From NCBI GenBank assembly GCA_038850615.1, contig JAWCLR010000003.1, positions 1,506 through 65,505 of the forward strand: DNA of 64,000 nt. The letters are read 5' to 3'. The notes below the pieces were generated by a model that saw nothing but the letters and a program-made list of their open reading frames with translations, had not been told where the DNA came from and made no database searches. The DNA is from Candidatus Woesearchaeota archaeon. GTDB lineage: Archaea; Nanobdellota; Nanobdellia; Woesearchaeales; ARS49. The position numbers were made by a program, and so were the translations under genes. Positions 53,642 to 63,764 of the stretch are shown piece after piece. Within the stretch, counting starts at the first letter, position 1, and every line of letters starts with the position of its first letter.

Positions 53642-55498
53642 TTATCGCTTGCTGATTTTGCCAGCCAGAGCCTCCTCAAGCACTTCAGAAATTGTTTCCA
53701 CAGGGATTACCTTGATTTTTTCAAGACGCTTCTTGTCAACAACAATGTCCTGCAAGTTGCTCTTGGGAACAATAACGCGCTTCAGGCCCGCCTCAATTGC
53801 CGCCTCTACCTTGGCACTGACTCCGCCGATTGGCAGGACTTCGCCCCTGACTGACAATGAACCAGTCATAGCAGTATCCTGCCTGACAGGAACCCTTGTC
53901 AGTGCAGAGATTATTGACGTGGCAACAGCAATGCTTGCACTGTCGCCCTCAACACCCTCATAAGTCTGCAAGAACTGCACGTGAATGTCATAATTCTTTA
54001 TGTCCTTTCCAAAGCGCCTCTTTATTATTGCAGAAACATTCTTTACTGCCTCTTTTGCTATCTCGCCAAGCTTTCCTGTTGCCACGATTTCCTTTTCCTT
54101 GCCACCCGGCGTCACCTCTGACTCTATCGGAAGAATAATCCCTGAGTAAGAGCCACCTCCGCCAATGACCGCCAGCCCGTTGACCCTGCCGACCTGCTTT
54201 CCGTCTGTAACTATAACGTCGTATTCCTTCTTGCGCTCAATGAACTTGTCAGCAATCTGCTGTTCAAGAGTTCTTGCAATCTTCTTTGCCTCCTTGACGT
54301 GCTCCACATCAACAAACTTGGCTTTTTGCTCAAGCGCCAGGTCTCCAGCAGCCCTAATAAGCCCGCCAAGCTCCCTAAAACGCAACGTAAGGGAATTCTT
54401 CCTGTTAGCCATCTTCCTTGCTTCTTCAAGGATCACGTCAACAGCGGCTCTTGTGAAGTGCGGTATTTTCTTGTCCTTGACGACCTCTTGCGCCACAAAC
54501 CGCGCAATCTTGAGCCGGTTCTCAGGGGTATCAGGCATTGTGTCCTTCATGAAAACCTCATAACCATAACCCCTTATCCTTGAGCGAAGCGCAGGATGCA
54601 TGTGGCTTATTGTTTCCACATTTCCTGCCGCAACAAGGATGAAGTTGCACGGCACTGGCTCTGTCCTCACCATTGCGCCAGAGCTCCTTTCTGACTGTCC
54701 TGTTATTGAATACTTGCCCTCCTGCAGTGCTGTCAAAAGCTCTTGCTGGGTGGAGGGCTGCAAAGTGGCTATCTCGTCAATAAACAACACACCCATGTTT
54801 GCCTTGTGAATCATTCCCGCAACCACACGCTCGTGAGCAGGAGTGCCCAGGCCACCGGATTGCAAGGGGTCGTGGAGCACGTCGCCAAGCAGTGCTCCTG
54901 CGTGTGCGCCTGTCGCGTCCCAGAAAGGCGCGGTCTTCCTGCCAAAATTATCAACAATTATTTTCGGAATCTCAATCCTCCGCTGAGGGTTTATACGGCA
55001 GCTAAGACTCGTGATAAGCGCAATGCCAAGCACAAAAACCATGCCGGTAATCATTGAGGCAGCATAAACAACAGGGTTGTCAAAAGGAAACATCTTTCTT
55101 GCATAAAGGTAATAAGGAATGAGCGAGATAACAATTGCGAGCGCAAGAAGGAACCAATTCATGCCACCCAAAGACCCAATTGAATGCATCCTGCTTCTTG
55201 CAACAATGTCCCTCCCCTTTCCTGCAGGAACAACCCTTATCAACGGCTGGTTCTCGTCATTTGGATTTGGCAGGGCAAGGACATCAACGAGCTTTTCCCT
55301 TGGCAGTAATTCTGCAAGAGCCAGGCCGAGCATTGACTTCCCTGTGCCGGGCTCTCCGATAAGCAACACGTGCCTTCTCTGCAACGCTGCTTTCCTGATG
55401 ACCTCTACAGCATCCTCCTGCCCAATAACCTGCTCCACAATACGTTCAGGGACTTTCAGGTCTGCAGTTGTTCGGAATTCAGCAGAACCCTTTGCCAT
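53642..55498 (-). CDS. lonB: Archaeal membrane-bound Lon protease (LonB)
   Basis: Walker A GEPGTGKS, two transmembrane helices inserted in the AAA+ domain, ...GVLFIDEI..., and the protease domain ...[18 protein letters not shown]... / ...[10 protein letters not shown]. Confidence 0.9.
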   Translation of the reverse strand: MAKGSAEFRTTADLKVPERIVEQVIGQEDAVEVIRKAALQRRHVLLIGEPGTGKSMLGLALAELLPREKLVDVLALPNPNDENQPLIRVVPAGKGRDIVARSRMHSIGSLGGMNWFLLALAIVISLIPYYLYARKMFPFDNPVVYAASMITGMVFVLGIALITSLSCRINPQRRIEIPKIIVDNFGRKTAPFWDATGAHAGALLGDVLHDPLQSGGLGTPAHERVVAGMIHKANMGVLFIDEIATLQPSTQQELLTALQEGKYSITGQSERSSGAMVRTEPVPCNFILVAAGNVETISHMHPALRSRIRGYGYEVFMKDTMPDTPENRLKIARFVAQEVVKDKKIPHFTRAAVDVILEEARKMANRKNSLTLRFRELGGLIRAAGDLALEQKAKFVDVEHVKEAKKIARTLEQQIADKFIERKKEYDVIVTDGKQVGRVNGLAVIGGGGSYSGIILPIESEVTPGGKEKEIVATGKLGEIAKEAVKNVSAIIKRRFGKDIKNYDIHVQFLQTYEGVEGDSASIAVATSIISALTRVPVRQDTAMTGSLSVRGEVLPIGGVSAKVEAAIEAGLKRVIVPKSNLQDIVVDKKRLEKIKVIPVETISEVLEEALAGKISKR

Positions 55499-55607
55499 GC
55501 ATTGCCAGAACCGTCGGTGGTTTATAAAGGTTTACACGACAATAATTAACCTCTTTTAAGTAGTAAAAATGAAAAAGTTTATATATTCCAAATGACAATG
55601 AATTGGA

Positions 55608-56327
55608 ATGGGGGTTACTAACATGGCTGAAAACATTGAAGAGGAAGCCAAGAAAACAAGCGAGGAACTGAAAAGGATTGCTCCAACAGTCAAGGGGCTG
55701 GAGCTCGAGAAAATAATCAAAAAGCGCAAGCCAATGGAGCCAAACCCTGAAATCCTGATTTTTGTGCCGTTTGCTGAAAAAACAGACCTCAAGCCAGCTG
55801 ATGCGTACAAGAAATATGTTGAGGAAATAGCAAAGAAGGGAATAGACGAAAAATACCTCCTGCTCGCGTCCATAAGGAAGCTTTCTGAAAAGTACAATTC
55901 AGCAACAATCCTTGATTTGAAGCACTACACGCACACCGGGCTGACAGAGGACATCATAAAGGACAAGGAAAAGACTAAAGAATTCCTCAAGAACAGATTT
56001 GAGGAAAACAAGGAAACACTTGAAAAAATAGTCAAGAATGCAGACAAGGCATGGGAAGACCCTGAAACGCCTGCGGTGGTGACGCCGCCTCACGCAAGGG
56101 AAGCATACGAGGACGCAACAAACACCCTGCCTGACGATGAAGGGACTTTTCTGCAGAAGTCAGGAGTCCTACAGCGATTCATTGCAGAAAACGGCTCAAA
56201 GAAGGACCAAAGGCATTGCATTGAGGGAAGCCGCTTCTACGTCGCCCATTACAAAAAAGCCAAGAATGACGAGGGAGAGGAAAGGCTTGTGCTTGACTAT
56301 GTTGAAGTCTGGAAGAAAAAAGAGTAA
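55608..56327 (+). CDS. Hypothetical charged (Lys/Glu-rich) protein
   Basis: 239-aa ORF with no recognisable motif. Confidence 0.45.
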   Translation: MGVTNMAENIEEEAKKTSEELKRIAPTVKGLELEKIIKKRKPMEPNPEILIFVPFAEKTDLKPADAYKKYVEEIAKKGIDEKYLLLASIRKLSEKYNSATILDLKHYTHTGLTEDIIKDKEKTKEFLKNRFEENKETLEKIVKNADKAWEDPETPAVVTPPHAREAYEDATNTLPDDEGTFLQKSGVLQRFIAENGSKKDQRHCIEGSRFYVAHYKKAKNDEGEERLVLDYVEVWKKKE

Positions 56328-56903
56328 TTATTCTTCCAGGAGAGGCGTCCTGCCTTTTATTATCTTTGATTTCTCAATCCCTGGCACTTCCTCTGGCTTC
56401 TGCCTTGCTTTGGGCGGCTTTTCAGCTTTCTGTTCAAGCACCCAATAAACAATGGCTATGGCAATGTAGACCGCAATCATCAACGGCAGTATCACCCTGT
56501 AAGCAGTGTCAGGATAAAGCACGTCAGCCATCACCAAAACCTTGAGGAAAACAAAGGAAAGCAGGACAAGCGAGACATACATGAAAATCGTGTGATAACG
56601 CCCCTTCAGCCCGAGGAATGAAAACAAGATTCCGAGGAAAACAAAGGCAAGGAGCAAAAGCGCAATGTAGCGGACCAACCATGTCACAACCTTCAAGGTC
56701 TGCATCATCACAAGCACAAAAAATGCGAGCACAAAAGCAACCATTGCATTATAATTTGCCTTTGGCTTGCCTTTTGCATCAGTGCCAAGCACCTTGCTCT
56801 TTTGCAATACAGCAAAAACAACAGTAAAGACAAGGATAAAAGGCAGAATCACGTCAGTAAGCCCGATCTGCTCCATCGCCAGCAAAGCATCTTTCAGCGC
56901 CAT
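56328..56903 (-). CDS. Polytopic membrane protein, hypothetical
   Basis: Five hydrophobic helices; start placed at MALKDALLAMEQIGL. Confidence 0.5.
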   Translation of the reverse strand: MALKDALLAMEQIGLTDVILPFILVFTVVFAVLQKSKVLGTDAKGKPKANYNAMVAFVLAFFVLVMMQTLKVVTWLVRYIALLLLAFVFLGILFSFLGLKGRYHTIFMYVSLVLLSFVFLKVLVMADVLYPDTAYRVILPLMIAVYIAIAIVYWVLEQKAEKPPKARQKPEEVPGIEKSKIIKGRTPLLEE

Positions 56904-57022
56904 ACACTCACGGGCAAATATTTGAGTATAAAAATAATACTGATCAGGACCCAAACAAACCGCATTAAACAACAACCGCTAAAATGGCTCCCTCCGGTCG
57001 CGTTACTAATAATAAGACGCAG

Positions 57023-57874
57023 TTATTCTTCTGCCTTCTTGACCAAAGAAGCTTCACTTACGAAAGTCTCCTCCGGGTGCTCGTCAAAAGGCTTGCATAT
57101 GTCAAAGAAGTCGCACTGTCCTGTTGACCACTTGCACAACTTGCCCGGCTTTTTCGGATAATCATTGATGTTTGTTGTTTTCGTCAGGCTATGCATTAAG
57201 GAAATCTCCTTCTTTGCAAGCTCAAGAAGGGATTCGTCAACATCAATGAACTTCGGCCTGTCCTTGAGGAAATAAATACCCGCCTTATCAGGGAGCCTTC
57301 CGTGCTTTTCGTGATAAAGCAAGGTATAAATTGCAAGCTGCAGCCTGTATTCTTCTTCATCACTGTGACTGCTTGTCTTGTAGTCCATAATCCTTACTTG
57401 TCCGTCATAGTTCTCAATGGCATCAATTATGCCCTTTGCCTGCAATGCATCGCTCCTTATGAGCTCCTCGCGTATGGGCGTGAGCTTTGCAAAGCGCTCT
57501 GGAAATGAGCCTTCTATCGTGTAAACCTTCCTCACAAAGTGGTTCAGCCAGTTCAGAAGCATCAGCAAGGTGTCCTCGAAATAAAACTGCCTCTGCGCAG
57601 GCGTTAAACCCAATGACTTTAGCTTTGCGTCTGCCTTGTTCCACTCCCGCAAGAGCAAATCCTGCATCAATTCCATCAGGCCAAGCTCAAAACTGTCCAA
57701 GGTCAGCTTTGAGACATCCTGGTCAAAGAAGGTTTCAAGGACAGAATGCGCAATATTGCCCCTTACTTGGTGGATATTTGGTTTTGTCTCAAGCTGTTCA
57801 ATGTACTGGTAATAATACTTTCTTGGGCACTGCTTGAAGCAACTTATTGAGCTTGGACTCTCCACACGAGGCAT
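57023..57874 (-). CDS. PD-(D/E)XK nuclease with Cas4/AddB-type Cys cluster
   Basis: N-terminal ...FKQCPRKYYYQYI..., central ...IDAIENYDGQVRIMDYKTS..., C-terminal ...CKWSTGQCDFFDIC. Confidence 0.65.
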   Translation of the reverse strand: MPRVESPSSISCFKQCPRKYYYQYIEQLETKPNIHQVRGNIAHSVLETFFDQDVSKLTLDSFELGLMELMQDLLLREWNKADAKLKSLGLTPAQRQFYFEDTLLMLLNWLNHFVRKVYTIEGSFPERFAKLTPIREELIRSDALQAKGIIDAIENYDGQVRIMDYKTSSHSDEEEYRLQLAIYTLLYHEKHGRLPDKAGIYFLKDRPKFIDVDESLLELAKKEISLMHSLTKTTNINDYPKKPGKLCKWSTGQCDFFDICKPFDEHPEETFVSEASLVKKAEE

Positions 57875-57929
57875 TCACAAAAGGCTTGCTCAGGGATTTA
57901 TATGCTTTGTGCAAGAATGTCCAGTGCGG

Positions 57930-58640
57930 TCAGCCTACTGAAGTGAGGTTCTCAATCGCTTCCTCCATTCCAGGAGAAAGCCCGTAATTAAGCCAGAGGA
58001 ACCTTCCAATAAGCAAGAGAAGAATGACAACAAGCGAAACCGCAATAACCTTCCTGATTATTGCCCTAATCCTTTGCCTGCGCTCGTAAAACGCATCCTC
58101 CCTTGTCCTGACCCTGAACAGCCTGACAGGATACTTCAGCCCCCTCAGCTGTTGCCAGCCAAGACTAACAAATGGAATCTCGTTCTTGTTCATTGCAGAA
58201 AACACTGCATCAGAAAAAACCACCTGGCCGGGCTTGGCGATGGACTCAATCCTTGAGGCAGTATTTACAGCATCGCCAAAAACATCATTGTCGCGCTTCA
58301 AAACCTCACCTGAATGAATTGCAACACGAATCCTTAAGGGGTTGCGCAGCCTGTTCGTGATATTATAGCGCCTGAAGGCGTGCTGCAACGCAATGCCGCA
58401 AAGCACTGCATCTGTGGGAGACCTGAACGTGACAAGGAGGGCGTCACCAATCTTCTTCACAAGGGTTCCGCCATATCTCGCAATGACAGGCATTGGTATG
58501 CTCTCAAAGGCATTCAGAAGCTGGTCTATGTGCTCCCTTGTGAGGGTTGTGGTTGTCTTGGTGTACTCAACAAGGTCGACAAACATTACCGTAAGTGTTT
58601 CAGAAACAACCCTTCTCCTTGATTGCTGAAGATTCTGCAT
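57930..58640 (-). CDS. Class III adenylate/guanylate cyclase domain with a C-terminal transmembrane anchor
   Basis: TVMFVDLVEYT, KKIGDALLVTF, RVAIHSGEV, VFGDAVNTASRIES, then VIAVSLVVILLLLIGRFLWL. Confidence 0.75.
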   Translation of the reverse strand: MQNLQQSRRRVVSETLTVMFVDLVEYTKTTTTLTREHIDQLLNAFESIPMPVIARYGGTLVKKIGDALLVTFRSPTDAVLCGIALQHAFRRYNITNRLRNPLRIRVAIHSGEVLKRDNDVFGDAVNTASRIESIAKPGQVVFSDAVFSAMNKNEIPFVSLGWQQLRGLKYPVRLFRVRTREDAFYERRQRIRAIIRKVIAVSLVVILLLLIGRFLWLNYGLSPGMEEAIENLTSVG

Positions 58641-58901
58641 ATAATCAACCTTCGCTGAGTGTCTTATAATATTGGCCTACGCCTGTACGAAAAAAGGTAC
58701 AACCCCTATATAAATTTTTTGTTTTTCGCTACTTTAAAGTGGCTACAAACTCTTGTTTAAAAAGCTTGATTCAGCCGGAAACATTTCTCGTAACGCATAT
58801 AAAGAAACTCGAATTTGAAAAAGACTTTACGATAGACCTGTTATTTTCGGAAACCCTACGAAAAATCCGAAAACTTTCCCGATAATTAGCGTGAGCGCTG
58901 A

Positions 58902-60083
58902 ATGATAACCGCATTCCTCCTCGGCATTGCGTTTGGCGCAATTGCAGGACTGGTGCCAGGAATCCACATAAACCTGATTTCCTCGGCAATACTGGCAGGA
59001 AGCGCTTATTTGCTTGGCCATTTTTCTGCAACAGAGCTTGGGGTATTCATTGTTGCAATGGGAATAACCCACGCATTTGTGGAAACAGTTCCGTCAATAT
59101 TCCTCGGAGCCCCTGATGACAGCACCGCCCTGATAATGCTTCCAGGCCACAAAATGCTCCACGAGGGATTGGGTTATGATGCAGTAAGGTTTGCCACAAT
59201 CGGCGCGCTCGGCTGCCTCGTCTCAACACTTGCCTTGTTCCCAGTCCTCCTCATCATCTTTCCGCCAATCTTCAGAATTCTCAAGCACTTCATCGGCTGG
59301 CTTCTCCTTGCACTCGTCATAATATTAATCGCCAAAGAAAAACAGGATTGGTGGAAAGCATTAATCGTGTTCTCATTAACAGGACTGCTTGGGTTTATAG
59401 TGCTGAAAAAAATGACACTCCAACAACCCCTCCTGCCATTATTGTCAGGCCTCTTTGGCGCGAGCTCCTTGGCATTGTCATTGTTTGAGCGCACAAAAAT
59501 ACCAGTCCAAATAGGCAGGTTCGCCCGGCTTGACAAAAAAGAAGGCTTAAAAGGAATCATTGGCGGTCTTATCAGTGGAACACTCGTAACGCTGTTTCCA
59601 GGACTTGGACCAGGCCACGCAGGAACATTAGCCACGACGATATTCAGGTCAACAGGCAGAACATACCTCGTGCTCATCGGCGGGCTGCACACAGCAGACT
59701 TCCTGGCATCAATAACGACCCTCGTGGCCATCGGCAAGGCAAGGAACGGAGCAATAGCAACCCTTGAACAACTGATGAAAGTGACTGCCAAGGACCTCTG
59801 GCTTTTCGGAATAACCGCACTGATTGCAGGAATCATTGCAGCAGCACTTGCATTACTTTGCGCAAAGGGATTTTCAGAAATAGTTGAGAGAATCAATTAC
59901 CCTACCCTGAGCTTATCAGTGCTTGTTTTCCTTGTTATTCTTGTCGCATTGATTGCTGGATGGAAAGCCATAATCGTTCTAATAGTCAGTTCGCTAATCG
60001 GCCTCTTGGCGCCCTGGCTGAAGGTCAGCAGGGCCCACGCAATGGGTTGTTTGCTCGTTCCAACACTAACTTATTATTTATGA
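58902..60083 (+). CDS. TctA/DUF112-family membrane transporter subunit
   Basis: MITAFLLGIAFGAIAGLVPGIHINLISS... and at least 10 transmembrane helices. Confidence 0.6.
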   Translation: MITAFLLGIAFGAIAGLVPGIHINLISSAILAGSAYLLGHFSATELGVFIVAMGITHAFVETVPSIFLGAPDDSTALIMLPGHKMLHEGLGYDAVRFATIGALGCLVSTLALFPVLLIIFPPIFRILKHFIGWLLLALVIILIAKEKQDWWKALIVFSLTGLLGFIVLKKMTLQQPLLPLLSGLFGASSLALSLFERTKIPVQIGRFARLDKKEGLKGIIGGLISGTLVTLFPGLGPGHAGTLATTIFRSTGRTYLVLIGGLHTADFLASITTLVAIGKARNGAIATLEQLMKVTAKDLWLFGITALIAGIIAAALALLCAKGFSEIVERINYPTLSLSVLVFLVILVALIAGWKAIIVLIVSSLIGLLAPWLKVSRAHAMGCLLVPTLTYYL

Positions 60084-60128
60084 TTAAATTCCGAAATATT
60101 TAAATATTTGGAATAATATTCCATTTTT

Positions 60129-60578
60129 ATGGATAAACTGGATGAAAATGACGATAAGTTATTGCAACTTCTTCAGTCAAATTCAAAATCATCTGTTCAA
60201 GAGCTTGCCAAAGAAACAAGCATTCCACCAACAACAGTGCACAACAGAATCAAGCGGCTGGAAAAGCTCGGAATAATCAAGAAATACACTGCAGAAATTG
60301 ACTGGAAAAAAGCAGGAAAACAAGTCCTTGCATACGTACTTGTTTCTGTTGAATACATCCTACCAACAGGCGGAAAAGTCCAGCAGGAAGATGCTGCAAA
60401 AGAAATAAAGCAAATGGAAGGCGTTGAGGAAGTAAGCATTCTGACAGGCGGCGCAGACATCCTCATAAAAGTCCGCACAAAAGACCTCGACGACCTGAAC
60501 AACTTTGTCGTCAGAAAGCTCAGAAACGTGCAGGGAGTTGACAAAACACAAACAATGATAGTGCTGTCATCATACTAA
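60129..60578 (+). CDS. Lrp/AsnC-family transcriptional regulator
   Basis: LDENDDKLLQLLQSNSKSSVQELAKETSIPPTTVHNRIKRLEKLGIIKKY plus a C-terminal RAM-type domain. Confidence 0.85.
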   Translation: MDKLDENDDKLLQLLQSNSKSSVQELAKETSIPPTTVHNRIKRLEKLGIIKKYTAEIDWKKAGKQVLAYVLVSVEYILPTGGKVQQEDAAKEIKQMEGVEEVSILTGGADILIKVRTKDLDDLNNFVVRKLRNVQGVDKTQTMIVLSSY

Positions 60579-60617
60579 CACAAGCTTTTTAAACAAACCA
60601 CTGATTTTGGCACAATC

Positions 60618-60881
60618 ATGGAAGGAAGAATCAGCGCATTCCGAGGAACTTTCAGGAGAAAGTCAGGAAACCAGATGATAATAGTCATTGACGGCGTTGA
60701 CAACAAAGAAAAGGCAAAAGCACTAATCGGAAAAACAGTCATCTGGACAGCCCCCGGAAAGAACAAAAAGCAATTGAAAGGAAAGATTTCTGCAATACAC
60801 GGCAGCAAAGGAGCAGTCAGGGCAATCTTCGAGACAGGAATGCCAGGACAAAGCCTTGGCGAAGTTGTAAAGATTGAATAA
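60618..60881 (+). CDS. rpl35ae: Ribosomal protein L35Ae (eL33)
   Basis: 87 aa, ...QMIIVIDGVDNKEKAKALIGKTVIW...GKISAIHGSKGAVRAIF... Confidence 0.75.
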   Translation: MEGRISAFRGTFRRKSGNQMIIVIDGVDNKEKAKALIGKTVIWTAPGKNKKQLKGKISAIHGSKGAVRAIFETGMPGQSLGEVVKIE

Positions 60882-60904
60882 ACAAAAGTCTCAATCTAGA
60901 AAAA

Positions 60905-61324
60905 TCACTGCATCCAAGCAGGCAGGACAGGAGCTATCAAGGGCCACACATAAGGCGCTGCAACAACAAGCGCTCCAATAAGCAAGCTGTGGAACCAAGT
61001 TTCTCTCATACCAACACTAATGCCCATTCCAGTGGTCTTGATTGCAGCACTCACGCCGTGAATCTTAATCATTGTTATCACTCCCACAAGAATCTGCAGC
61101 GTCAGGGCAGACATCAAAGGAATGCCCTCAAGAAAAGTAAAATTTGCCAACACCCACTCAGCATTCATTGTGACAAAACAAGCAATGACCGCATAAACAA
61201 GTGCGTGAATGCCATGACCAAAACGATGCATAGGCACAGTAACGTCCCTGTGCAGAAGAATAATCTCATAAAGCCCTATAACCAATCCTACAATAAGTGG
61301 TGGCACGACTAAAAATTCTGTCAT
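60905..61324 (-). CDS. Membrane protein, hypothetical
   Basis: 139 aa, four hydrophobic helices, His-rich loop HRFGHGIH. Confidence 0.45.
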   Translation of the reverse strand: MTEFLVVPPLIVGLVIGLYEIILLHRDVTVPMHRFGHGIHALVYAVIACFVTMNAEWVLANFTFLEGIPLMSALTLQILVGVITMIKIHGVSAAIKTTGMGISVGMRETWFHSLLIGALVVAAPYVWPLIAPVLPAWMQ

Positions 61325-61434
61325 AACTTTCCAAGCGAATGACTAGTATTTAAACATTTCTTTACGCATCCAGTAACTGCCAAAAATTATTTATATACAA
61401 GTTGCAGAAGGTAGAGCAAAAGAGCTGGTAGACT

Positions 61435-63729
61435 ATGGCAATAACTGACATCGCCAACATTCCTGTTCTGGGCGCGCTTCCAAACATACCAAAGCTCTAT
61501 TCCAGCAATCCAAGCCTGAGCTTCATCATTGACATGGTTTTGCTTTCTGTCGTGTTCGGAAGCTTGCTCGCGCCGCTTGGGCACCGCGTTGTGAGGGACA
61601 AGCCCCTTGGCAGAAGGTTTGGAGCAGTGCTCGGCCTCGTGTTCGGAGTCACATCTGCATTCGCACTGCACAACGCAGGAGTCACACTGTTCACTTACTG
61701 GCTGACAAGCTTCGCAGTTGTGGTAGTAATCAGCGTTGTCATTTTCAAAATAATGAGAGCGCTGGGCATGAACAAGGTTTGGTCAAGCGTCGGATTAGTA
61801 GCAGCCGCATATGCGCTTTCATTACTCTGGTTTTCTCAGTCTGGTTTGTGGAGTGAAAATGTAGTGGTTGGCTTTAATTACGGCTTGCTCTTGGTTATTC
61901 CAATACTAATCGTCATCCTGATTTTAGTTCTTTTCCACATATTCGCGACAGGACCAGCAGCCGGCCTGCTTGGCAGGATTTTTGGGCGCGGACCACCACC
62001 AGCAGCACCAACCCCGCCAGGACCTGCACCACCAGGAGCACCGCCATCAGAAGGACCCACTCCACCAGAACCTGCACCACCAGGAGCACCACCTTCAGGA
62101 AAAAGGCGCAGCCTGATTAGCAAAATAGTCGAAAAACGCAGACCAACCCCTCCAGGAGCACCGCCAGAAGGACCAACAACGCCTGAAAGAACAGCAGAAG
62201 CAGCAACAGAAGCAACCAAAACAGCAGAGGACGCAGGAGACGCTGCAGTTGCAAGCGAAAAAGAAAAGGAAAAAGTGGCAGAAGAAGGGATTGAACTAAC
62301 AGACAGGTTCAAAAACGCCCTGATGAAGCTCCTTGTAAAAATTGACGAGCTTCTCGACAAAACAACAGCAATAAACAAGTACGATGTAGGATATGTAAAA
62401 AAGCTGGTTGACGAAATCATTCCGCTGTATGATGCCTTAAGCAAGCTATTGGGCAACCTGCAGAGGCACGTAAAAACACTGCAGGATTATGAACAGGCGC
62501 TAAATGCAGCAATGGCCTGGCACGGCACGCTGGAGCGTGACATTGAAAAATGGAAGCAGAGAGTACGCGAGTTTGAAGCAGGCATACGCGCACTCGCGGA
62601 TGAAACAGTAAAAGCACGGCTTCTTTGGACAGCGGAACAGATAGAAAATAAAGTAACAGCCCTGGGCAACATTGTTAATACGCTTAATCCTGTGATTGCC
62701 CGCATTAATTCGCGGCATTTGCCAATGCTGCAGAGAATAAAAGTTGACAATAGATATGCGGTTCTTTACGACCTGCTGACAGCAAGGCCTGAACGGCTAA
62801 AGCAGCCATTGAAATACGCAAGCAGCGCCCTTGCCAAACTTGCCGGCACTGCAGAAGTGCCCAAGGAAGAAATAAGAGAAATTCTGGAAGGCATCAAGAA
62901 AATGCTTACGCCGCTCGTAACTGTTGACGCGCCAAAACTAAGGAATGCCTGGGAAGGGATAAGCGCAACGTACGAAACAGAACTGAAACAAATACAGAAG
63001 GATGTCACGTACTTAAACAATCAATACAAATTCATACCAGCAAAGCTGAACGAAATAAGAAGACTCCAAAATAAGCTTGTTGAGAAATTCCAGGCGCAAA
63101 AGGCGCGCGAGGAAGCAGAGGAAAAAGCAGAATTTGAAGTGCTAACAATTAACACAGAAGCAAATCTCGCGGAAATAAAAAATGAACTGCAGAGGGAGAA
63201 AATAAATCTTAGGTCACTGGTGAAAAGCGTAACGGTTCTTGTTGAAGAAATGAACAAGGAAATAGAAAAGACTTGGAATAGCTTTAAAATGGATGAGAAG
63301 AAGAACTTTTTGGAAAGAGCATTTGATGCTGCAAAAACAAAAACACAATACACGGAAGCGCCAGCAGACACAGTGACGAGCGCGCTGGAAAGCATATCGC
63401 TTCAGCATCGCAGGGTACAAGGGCTAATTACATCATTGCCTACCAACACCCCTGAACTCGCGCAGCTGACAAAAATCAATGCAAACCTTGAAACGTTCAT
63501 GCGCGCAAAGCAAGCGCTTGTTGCACTTCTGACAAATACAAGGAATGAATTGGTTGCAGCAGGACTTAATGCCCTATCAGGCCCTCGCCCAAACCTGCAG
63601 CAAATCGTAAAAGAAATGCTGAGGGATGTGGCCAACAACGCAATACAACTTCTTACCCTGCTGGAGCCACCAACACACCAATCCACCACGCCAGCAGGAC
63701 CGCAGGCTTATCCTGGGGCAGGTAGTTAA
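61435..63729 (+). CDS. Large membrane-anchored protein with Pro-rich repeats and a long coiled coil, hypothetical
   Basis: About 5 N-terminal transmembrane helices, PPGAPP-type repeats (aa ~190-250), then ~500 aa of heptad-like Lys/Glu/Leu-rich sequence. Confidence 0.6.
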   Translation: MAITDIANIPVLGALPNIPKLYSSNPSLSFIIDMVLLSVVFGSLLAPLGHRVVRDKPLGRRFGAVLGLVFGVTSAFALHNAGVTLFTYWLTSFAVVVVISVVIFKIMRALGMNKVWSSVGLVAAAYALSLLWFSQSGLWSENVVVGFNYGLLLVIPILIVILILVLFHIFATGPAAGLLGRIFGRGPPPAAPTPPGPAPPGAPPSEGPTPPEPAPPGAPPSGKRRSLISKIVEKRRPTPPGAPPEGPTTPERTAEAATEATKTAEDAGDAAVASEKEKEKVAEEGIELTDRFKNALMKLLVKIDELLDKTTAINKYDVGYVKKLVDEIIPLYDALSKLLGNLQRHVKTLQDYEQALNAAMAWHGTLERDIEKWKQRVREFEAGIRALADETVKARLLWTAEQIENKVTALGNIVNTLNPVIARINSRHLPMLQRIKVDNRYAVLYDLLTARPERLKQPLKYASSALAKLAGTAEVPKEEIREILEGIKKMLTPLVTVDAPKLRNAWEGISATYETELKQIQKDVTYLNNQYKFIPAKLNEIRRLQNKLVEKFQAQKAREEAEEKAEFEVLTINTEANLAEIKNELQREKINLRSLVKSVTVLVEEMNKEIEKTWNSFKMDEKKNFLERAFDAAKTKTQYTEAPADTVTSALESISLQHRRVQGLITSLPTNTPELAQLTKINANLETFMRAKQALVALLTNTRNELVAAGLNALSGPRPNLQQIVKEMLRDVANNAIQLLTLLEPPTHQSTTPAGPQAYPGAGS

Positions 63730-63764
63730 AGAAATTCTCCAATAAGCCTAAAAACCAGCGCTTC

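Noticed and set aside
59174-59896. A 240-aa minus-strand ORF.
   Set aside because: It is antisense to the TctA-like transporter gene and shows no hydrophobic periodicity or motif of its own.
61878-62456. A 192-aa minus-strand ORF with Gly-rich repeats.
   Set aside because: It is the mirror image of the Pro-rich repeat region of the 764-aa plus-strand gene.
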